NCBI GenBank assembly: GCA_049515895.1
Contig: JBEKTQ010000002.1
Coordinates: forward strand, 96,001-160,000
Source: Candidatus Bathyarchaeia archaeon
GTDB lineage: Archaea > Thermoproteota > Bathyarchaeia > Bathyarchaeales > Bathycorpusculaceae
DNA length: 64,000 nt
Reading direction: 5' to 3'
Each line of letters starts with the position of its first letter. Position 1 is the stretch's first letter. A program made the position numbers and the translations under genes. Under the pieces are notes generated by a model. The model saw nothing but the letters and a program-made list of their open reading frames with translations, searched no databases and was not told the origin of the DNA. This document shows, one piece after another, positions 57,565 through 64,000 of the stretch.

Positions 57565-57724
57565 ATTTAATATGACTTATGTATTCAAGAAAAGTATTCA
57601 AAATCAGTTTGCCCAATAGGGTTCAATGAATAGTTAAATAAAACAGGTGGCAGTCTCTAGAAGCTTGCCGATGAAGAATCTAAACCGCTGATTGATGATG
57701 CACCCTAGGGTATCTGAGGCAAAC

Positions 57725-57955
57725 TTAGACGGTTATGAGTTTCTTTCTGATTAGGAACATCATTAGTCCCAAGCCTACGATGAAAAGAACAAACCCAGTG
57801 CTTATTGACGCGAAATAACCTATCTTTAGTTTAGTCAAGATCAACGTAAAGTAGGTCGGACCGACAAAGATCAGAAGCATCGAAAAAATAACCAAAGTTA
57901 TTCTCCAGAACTTACTGTATATACCTGTAACTTTCACGTTTTCATTCTCAATCAT
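57725..57955 (-). CDS. Small two-TM membrane protein
   Basis: Two hydrophobic helices; 11 bp downstream of the PAC2 gene. Confidence 0.75.
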   Translation of the reverse strand: MIENENVKVTGIYSKFWRITLVIFSMLLIFVGPTYFTLILTKLKIGYFASISTGFVLFIVGLGLMMFLIRKKLITV

Positions 57956-57966
57956 TCGACCCCAAC

Positions 57967-58659
57967 CTACGGTTCTTCTGGTGCATTGTTTTCTACTAAA
58001 CCTTCTTTTATCTCTTTTCCTAAAGCCTTCATCAAAAACTTGAAAACGAGAAATCCAGCCTCGCGATCCGCCCTAAAACCCGTCGTTGTCCCAAGCAAAC
58101 CGACGCCTTCAAGCTTTCGTTCTTTAGCCATCGCCAACGTAAGCCCCGTGCCCCCCACGATTCTGCCTTTACTGTATATTACAGCGCCTTTTTCCATAAA
58201 TTCCCTCGCCAGCCTCGGGGACGTTGCAGCGATGTAAACCTGAGCTTTCTCTTCCGTCATCGGTACGCCGCCCATTGTCACGATGAAGCGGCAGCCTAAA
58301 GACTCAACGAAATCAATCACTTCCTCGCAGACCTCATAGTGAGCAACAACGTCATCGAAGGAAGGCTGAATTTCACCAGTCATGATAACCAAATTGTTCT
58401 TCTCCATAGGAGCATAATAAAACTCGTACCTCGGCAGATGTGCAATGCCCTTAGACGATATGGAAACGTAATCAGGAAAACTCGGCGAATACAGCTCTGC
58501 AAAAGGCTTGGCGCTGAAGAATTTTATTAGCAAATGAGCCGCAATCCTGCCGACGTTGCCGAAGCCGGGCAGCCCCTGAACAAAAATGGGGTTCTCCAAA
58601 GTTGGCTCAGACAGTTTACGTAAATGCGCCTTATCCATCAGCAAACACCGATGCACCAT
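57967..58659 (-). CDS. PAC2 family (proteasome assembly chaperone-like) protein
   Basis: GLPGFGNVGRIAA, LYSPSFP, TGEIQP, TMGG, LLGTT.G...D. Confidence 0.88.
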   Translation of the reverse strand: MVHRCLLMDKAHLRKLSEPTLENPIFVQGLPGFGNVGRIAAHLLIKFFSAKPFAELYSPSFPDYVSISSKGIAHLPRYEFYYAPMEKNNLVIMTGEIQPSFDDVVAHYEVCEEVIDFVESLGCRFIVTMGGVPMTEEKAQVYIAATSPRLAREFMEKGAVIYSKGRIVGGTGLTLAMAKERKLEGVGLLGTTTGFRADREAGFLVFKFLMKALGKEIKEGLVENNAPEEP

Positions 58660-58764
58660 AGAGTAAGAGTCGCCACTAAAATGTTTTTGCTGACGCGAAA
58701 AGAAACTATTAATATTTGACGAATCACGTAATAGGATGCTAAAACAAAAATTGTCGAATCGTAT

Positions 58765-58866
58765 AGCGGGGTGGGGTAGCCAGGATTAACCCGCTGGGCT
58801 CATAACGGCGCATTGTCGCTGTGAGACACCCAGAGATCACTAGTTCAAATCTAGTCCCCGCTACCA
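58765..58866 (+). tRNA. Initiator tRNA-Met (CAT) with 23-nt intron at 37/38 (58805-58827), CCA encoded
   Basis: A1:U72 pair, AGCGGGG/CCCCGCT stem, GGG/CCC anticodon stem, CTCA/TGAG BHB-type helix. Confidence 0.93.
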
Positions 58867-58874
58867 ACAAACTT

Positions 58875-59420
58875 CTATTTTACAAGAACCAACGCAAAGT
58901 AGATTGGTTGTTCTTTATGCGATTTCCTTACCTCGATGTTAAACCCGTTCTTTCTTGCCGTTGCGTAAACGTCTATTCCGCAGGCTTCCACTGAAGGCCT
59001 AGCGAGTTTGGGATGCACGCATTTTTCAAGATTGCATTTTTCGCAACGCTCACACGGACCAGCGGATACTCCGAACGCCCGATAGTACCCGTTCAGAAAA
59101 ATGCTTCTCTCCAAGTTTGCAATCATATCCTGAGTTGCCGTTGACTCGTCCGCGACCTGCATCAGGATCGCCGTCGAATAGCCGCCCAAAATCTGCTTCA
59201 TCTGTTGTGGCGTGGGACTGTATGGGGGGCAGGTTAACGATTTCCCGTAGGCGCCGCAGCCGTATTGACATTTCAGCCGCACCCAATCGCCGACGATGAT
59301 GTCCTTTGCGTCTATTAGTTTTGCCTCGAGGGCACCCATTTTTAGCGCAAGGCCGACTTGGCTCTTGAGGCTTTGGTCGATGATTTTTCGGTTAGCTTCA
59401 GCTGCTTTCTTCATGCTCAA
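58875..59420 (-). CDS. DUF2284-like Cys-rich metal-binding protein
   Basis: VRLKCQYGC..YG...TCPP, GPCERCEKC...C.HP..ARPSVEACGIDV. Confidence 0.85.
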   Translation of the reverse strand: MSMKKAAEANRKIIDQSLKSQVGLALKMGALEAKLIDAKDIIVGDWVRLKCQYGCGAYGKSLTCPPYSPTPQQMKQILGGYSTAILMQVADESTATQDMIANLERSIFLNGYYRAFGVSAGPCERCEKCNLEKCVHPKLARPSVEACGIDVYATARKNGFNIEVRKSHKEQPIYFALVLVK

Positions 59421-59792
59421 GCCCTAAGCAGTACTCTAAGCGAGCTTACGATATAAATTGTAAACCCAAACGCTTGCCCATCACGCTCCTCTAGATTCAC
59501 CCATTGAGATCGTGTGAAAACATGAAAGAAGAAGCGCTGGCAAATAAGCCCACAAACAGCTGATGGTCACGGTTTGGATTGCTGAATAAGTAGAAGAAGA
59601 GTGCTACCACCAGCGGTCTTCTTCTTCTTCTTTTGACGGACAAAAAGACGTTTACTCTTTACGCAGTCTCTATTTGGATCATCTAGCGGACCGGGGGGTC
59701 TCTTGTACAAGCAAAAGAGCAGGGACCAACAGGGTACATGTGCTATTTTTGACAAAAAGTCAATACAAAAACAGCCAGATGAAGCGCGTGGT

Positions 59793-61556
59793 TTAGAATC
59801 TTCTCGGGTCTGTTTCTATGTCCACGATCGCTGGCTTGTCAGATGCTAGTGCCTTGTCAACGGCAGCTTCAAGGTCACTTGGCTCAGCAACCCTGATGCC
59901 CAAGCCGCCTGAGTGCTCAGCGAAATCAGCGAAACTAAAATCGAATAGGTCAGTTTGCCAGCTTTCGTAGCCCTCCACCTTCTGCTCCTGCATAATCATG
60001 CCCAAGCGTTTGTTGTTGATAACGAAAACTTTGACGGGTAACTGATACTTCAGAGCCGTCAAGAAGTCTCCTAAAACCATCGTTAAGCCGCCGTCGCCAG
60101 TCAAACAAACAATCTGCCTGCCAGGATAAGCCAACGCCGCAGCCAACGCACCGGGCAACCCGAAGCCCATCGTCGCCAAAGTACCACTCATCACCATCTT
60201 CTGCGACTTATGCATCCTAAAGTTCCTTCCGAACCACCAGCAGTTCTCGCCGACATCCAAAGAAATCACTGCGTCATCAGCAAGCTTGTCGTTTAAAACT
60301 TTGATTATGTACGGGGGTCTAATCGGTTTCATGGTGGGGTTAGCTTCTTTCTCCAGTTGGCTAAGCCATTCCTGCTTCAAACCGGCAATCTCAGCTAAGT
60401 AACTCGGGTTCCTCTTCTCCTGGACCTTGGCAGTCAACTTCGGAATAAGCACGGCACTGTTGCCAAGCAACCCCGCTTCAACAGGATACCTCCGCGCAAT
60501 CATAAGGGGGTTAATGTCAATTTGAACAGTGCGTTTGACAGGCACATGTGTCAAATCTGAAAACGAAGAACCGATGGCGATGAGCAAATCCGTCTTTGCC
60601 ATAAGCTCTGCAGAGGCAGTTGATCCAAGGTCGCCGTGGCAACCTACAAGCAGGGGCTCCTGTTCATCCACGACGCCTTTCGCCCTAAATGTTGTCATGA
60701 TAGGTGCTGAAATCTTCGATGCCAGCTTCAAAAGTTTGTTGCCTTGGCCTCTTGCGCCGAAGCCTGCGAGAATCACGGGTCGCGTAGCTTGGTCGACAAG
60801 TTTCGCTGCTTTCTCAATTAGCCATTCTTCCTGTCCATATGCAAGATTAGGCATTCTGCCCTCAAACGGCAAAATTTCAGCTTCGTAAGGCAACTTTTGA
60901 ACGTCGTTAGGAATCCCTATGTGGGAGACGCCTTGATCCAAAAGCGCATGCTTAATCGCCAGAGTAGCCAGCATAGTGGTTTGGTCCTCAGACATCAAAA
61001 TCTTGTTGAAAACGCATATCGGCTCAAAATAAGCGTACTGATCAATCTCTTGTATCGAACCTGGACCAATCATTTGCCTAGCCACTAAACCAGTCAACGC
61101 TAAAACAGGCGCATGATCTAATTTTGCGTCGTACAAACCGGTTGCGAGATTCGTTGCGCCTGGACCAGAAATACCGAGGCAGGCGGCAACGTGCCCTGTT
61201 AGTTTTCCGTAGGCTGAAGCCATAAACGCCGCGGTCTGTTCATGCCGAACTTGGATATACTTCACTTTCCCATTGGTTTTACGTATCGCATCCACAACGC
61301 CCAGTGTTGAAGTGCCGGGGATGCCGAAAACGTATTGGACACCCCACTCAGCAATCTGGTTAATCAGAACCTCAGAGACGGTGTGCTCAGCTTTTTTCTC
61401 CTTTTTCTCTTCAACCTGTTCAGCTAACAAAACAAAAGATGACTTGGGCGCCCCGCAAACTGGGCAAACCCACTCTTTGGGCAAATCACTAAATTTCTTT
61501 CCTTCCTTTGCTTCATCATAAATGTAGTTACAGACTGTGCACCTGTACCTTGCCAA
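59793..61556 (-). CDS. Rubredoxin fused to ThDP/FAD pyruvate oxidase-like enzyme
   Basis: [11 protein letters not shown]...WVCPVCGA; FGIPG, VRHE, SGPGATN, GDGG...NN ThDP motif. Confidence 0.9.
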   Translation of the reverse strand: MARYRCTVCNYIYDEAKEGKKFSDLPKEWVCPVCGAPKSSFVLLAEQVEEKKEKKAEHTVSEVLINQIAEWGVQYVFGIPGTSTLGVVDAIRKTNGKVKYIQVRHEQTAAFMASAYGKLTGHVAACLGISGPGATNLATGLYDAKLDHAPVLALTGLVARQMIGPGSIQEIDQYAYFEPICVFNKILMSEDQTTMLATLAIKHALLDQGVSHIGIPNDVQKLPYEAEILPFEGRMPNLAYGQEEWLIEKAAKLVDQATRPVILAGFGARGQGNKLLKLASKISAPIMTTFRAKGVVDEQEPLLVGCHGDLGSTASAELMAKTDLLIAIGSSFSDLTHVPVKRTVQIDINPLMIARRYPVEAGLLGNSAVLIPKLTAKVQEKRNPSYLAEIAGLKQEWLSQLEKEANPTMKPIRPPYIIKVLNDKLADDAVISLDVGENCWWFGRNFRMHKSQKMVMSGTLATMGFGLPGALAAALAYPGRQIVCLTGDGGLTMVLGDFLTALKYQLPVKVFVINNKRLGMIMQEQKVEGYESWQTDLFDFSFADFAEHSGGLGIRVAEPSDLEAAVDKALASDKPAIVDIETDPRRF

Positions 61557-61687
61557 AGAACTGCACCTCAAAACACGCTATCTACAACAAATAAATTGGC
61601 CTCGTCCTTATCAGCTTATTGGCAACAGCAAAAGACAATCGAACAATTCATAAACCGCCTTAAACCCTTATCTCATTAAAGAGATGC

Positions 61688-62626
61688 ATGGTTATGGAGA
61701 ACTGGGACGTAATAATAATTGGCGCTGGCTCCGCAGGACTATCAGCAGGAATTTACGCCGTTCGAAGCGGATTAAAAACCTTGATTTTAGATGAGAAATT
61801 GTCAGGCGGAACAATCGCTGACGCATCCACGGTTGTCAATTACCCCGGGTTTGCTGAAATCAGCGGCGGGGAACTCGCGGAGAAAATGACTTCACACTGC
61901 AGAAAGGTCGGCGCCGCCATTCACGAACTAGAACTCGTCAATGAACTAGAGCTCCATAGCCAAGAAAAGACCGTAAAAACCTCAGCTTCAACCTACAAAG
62001 CTAAAACAATAATCTACTCTACAGGCTCACATTACAGGGAAATCGGCGTTAAAGGCGAAAAAGAATTCAGGGGAAAAGGGGTAAGCTACTGCGGCGTATG
62101 CGACGGACCCTTCTTCAAGAACAAGCGAGTACTGGTCGTCGGAGGCGGAAATACCGCTTGCATTACAACGCTCTATCTTTCAGGGTTAGCGTCCCAAGTT
62201 ATTGTAATTCATAGACGCCAAGCTTTCAGGGCTGAAGAAAGTTTGGTCTCGGATATATCTGCCAAGAACAACGTTACGGTATTGTGGAACACTGAAGTTC
62301 AAGAAATCAAAGGCGACAAGCAAGTCAGAGCGGTAAGCTTACTAAATAACATGACAGGCAAAACAACCGAAATGGCGGTGGATGCAGTTTTTGTTCAGAT
62401 CGGCGAAGCCCCAAACAGCCAGCTAGCCAAAGCCGCAGGGGTAGACACAGATGAGCATGGGTACATCAAAGTCGACGTAAAACAACAGACAAATCTTTTA
62501 GGTGTTTTCGCCGCGGGAGATGTTACGGATCAGCCAATTAAGCAGGTTGGCACGGCTGTGGGTCAAGGCATCACTGCAGCCCTAGAAGCATACAGCTTCA
62601 TTAGGCAACCATACTACAGGAAATAG
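61688..62626 (+). CDS. trxB: Thioredoxin-disulfide reductase
   Basis: GAGSAG, NYPG, GVSYCGVCDG, GGGNTA, FAAGDV. Confidence 0.93.
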   Translation: MVMENWDVIIIGAGSAGLSAGIYAVRSGLKTLILDEKLSGGTIADASTVVNYPGFAEISGGELAEKMTSHCRKVGAAIHELELVNELELHSQEKTVKTSASTYKAKTIIYSTGSHYREIGVKGEKEFRGKGVSYCGVCDGPFFKNKRVLVVGGGNTACITTLYLSGLASQVIVIHRRQAFRAEESLVSDISAKNNVTVLWNTEVQEIKGDKQVRAVSLLNNMTGKTTEMAVDAVFVQIGEAPNSQLAKAAGVDTDEHGYIKVDVKQQTNLLGVFAAGDVTDQPIKQVGTAVGQGITAALEAYSFIRQPYYRK

Positions 62627-62849
62627 AAAAAAACAGGATTTATTATTTCAGCAAGAACGAGCCTGGATAAAAATTAAACGCAACTTGCCGAAAAGAAGTT
62701 CTGAAGACAAAAATAATGCCTGGGAAAACATATTGAATATTGCCTAAATTCTGGGGAAAGGATTATATCATTCCAAAACCCTTTCCATGCGTTTAATCAG
62801 CTTTAAGCTCGCAGTTTAAAGTAGCAGCGGTATGAAAAGAGGTTTCAAA

Positions 62850-64000
62850 ATGAGTGAAAAATGTCTCGCTGTAGTAGAAATCGACCAGGACTTGTGCTGC
62901 AGATGTTACGTTTGCCAGTCAATTTGCCCCTTTGATGCAATAAAACGCGACTCAGCCGGGAAAGTGGAAGTCAGCAGCCAAGATTGCCAAGTCTGCGGTA
63001 TATGCTACAGCGCTTGCCCAAGTTCAGCTATCAAATCGCAATATTACACCTACGATAACCTGTCAAACTACGTTAAACAGGCACTTGAAAAAACCAAGGA
63101 TGTTGATACCCTTGTGTTGATGTGCCGAGGAAACTCGCCGTCAACGGGCGAAGTGCAGGATATCTTTAAAGAGCAAGGATTGAAAGTTGGCAATTACATT
63201 GCACTGCGTTTGCCCTGCTCAGGAAGAGTTCCGACTGATTTTGTTTTTGAAGCGCTAAGCTTAGGTGTAAACAATATTGTTTCGGTTCAATGCGAGGATC
63301 CGTTCTGCCGTTACAAGGAAGGCACGAAATTGAACACTCGCCGGCTCGTTTTAGCCAGAGACGTTCTGAAGCAGTTAGGCTATGAAGAGAACGCGGTTAA
63401 GATCGTGAAGTTTTCTCGCAAAGCGATCTACGATGTGCAGGCTTGCGTCGGCTGTGACAAATGCATCTTCATCTGCCCCTACAAAGCAATTGAATTTGAA
63501 CCATTCGCCACTCCCAAAATCAACCTGGAGAAATGTGTTGGCTGCGGTGCATGCCAGCTCGTTTGTCCCCAACATGCAATCCAAGTTAAAGGCTTCGAAT
63601 TTGAAAACGTGCTGAACCGCTATGGCACTACAGCTGAACAGTTGAAAGCCAAAAACAATTGTCCAGCAATTCTTGCTTTCGTTTGTCAATGGTCAGAGTT
63701 CGCGGACTTAGATAACCCGAGCAAAGCGTTTGAAGGCAAAAACGTCTTAGCCCTTGAAGTTCCATGCTTCAAATCTTTAGACCCCGTTCACGTTGTTAAC
63801 GCGTTAAGATGCGGTTTCGACGGGGTTATGGCTGTTGTTTGTCCATCTAAAGACTGCAAACTTCAAGAAGGCAAAGACACCGCAGAACGCAACCTAGGCG
63901 TCATATTGAACGTGCTCAAAAAGAATGGTCTACTGGACAGATTCGAGCTTTTTGAGGAGTCACCCAGATGTGCTGGCGACTTCAACGAGAAGCTGAATGC
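62850..64000 (+). CDS. Polyferredoxin/MvhD (FlpD)-like iron-sulfur protein with duplicated architecture, 3' truncated by window (not in ORF track)
   Basis: CCRCYVCQSICP, CQVCGICYSACP, RLPCSGRV...QCEDPFC, CVGCDKCIFICP, CVGCGACQLVCP, AFVCQWS...VPCFKSLD...VCPSKDC. Confidence 0.88.
   Translation, partial: MSEKCLAVVEIDQDLCCRCYVCQSICPFDAIKRDSAGKVEVSSQDCQVCGICYSACPSSAIKSQYYTYDNLSNYVKQALEKTKDVDTLVLMCRGNSPSTGEVQDIFKEQGLKVGNYIALRLPCSGRVPTDFVFEALSLGVNNIVSVQCEDPFCRYKEGTKLNTRRLVLARDVLKQLGYEENAVKIVKFSRKAIYDVQACVGCDKCIFICPYKAIEFEPFATPKINLEKCVGCGACQLVCPQHAIQVKGFEFENVLNRYGTTAEQLKAKNNCPAILAFVCQWSEFADLDNPSKAFEGKNVLALEVPCFKSLDPVHVVNALRCGFDGVMAVVCPSKDCKLQEGKDTAERNLGVILNVLKKNGLLDRFELFEESPRCAGDFNEKLN

Noticed and set aside
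58805-58827. tRNA-iMet intron as a novelty
   Set aside because: Canonical 37/38 BHB-type intron, common in archaea
59567-59765. Cys-containing fragments (HVPCWSLLFC...FCPSKEEEEDRWW) and a CTT run
   Set aside because: Needs several frameshifts to assemble; cannot be supported without homologs

Overview
Archaeal chromosome segment, most consistent with Candidatus Bathyarchaeia. This is an inference from the archaeal-type ThrRS, TFE, aTrm56, NAC, aMBF1, an intron-containing initiator tRNA and large PQQ-like/beta-helix surface proteins. Housekeeping blocks are proS-aor-aminotransferases-thrS-pfkB-nac, mbf1-hflX-trm56-tfe, a glucan phosphorylase-nox-gcvH-ino1-ribK-acdA block, the hisGDCBHAFI operon, tRNA-iMet, trxB and an MvhD/ferredoxin gene cut by the window end. 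Two accessory regions interrupt them. (1) About 18.6-32.1 kb: two displaced copies of the tRNA-Val(TAC) 3' end delimit tandem cassettes of about 5.3 and 5.75 kb carrying modular cell-surface proteins and a decayed tyrosine integrase. (2) About 42-48.9 kb: a putative metal-handling cluster (Gly/Met-rich exported proteins, a CGCGCGC micro-protein and a ferritin-like protein) with a shared 11-bp-periodic TGAWACAG operator, followed by surface/membrane genes and pseudogenes. Other signals are two genes that appear to start at ACG behind GGAGG, a structured his-operon leader with a uORF, an iteron-like ACACTA array and several micro-ORFs missing from the ORF track. No CRISPR array or rRNA was seen. 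All product calls come from motif recognition by eye, not database searches.
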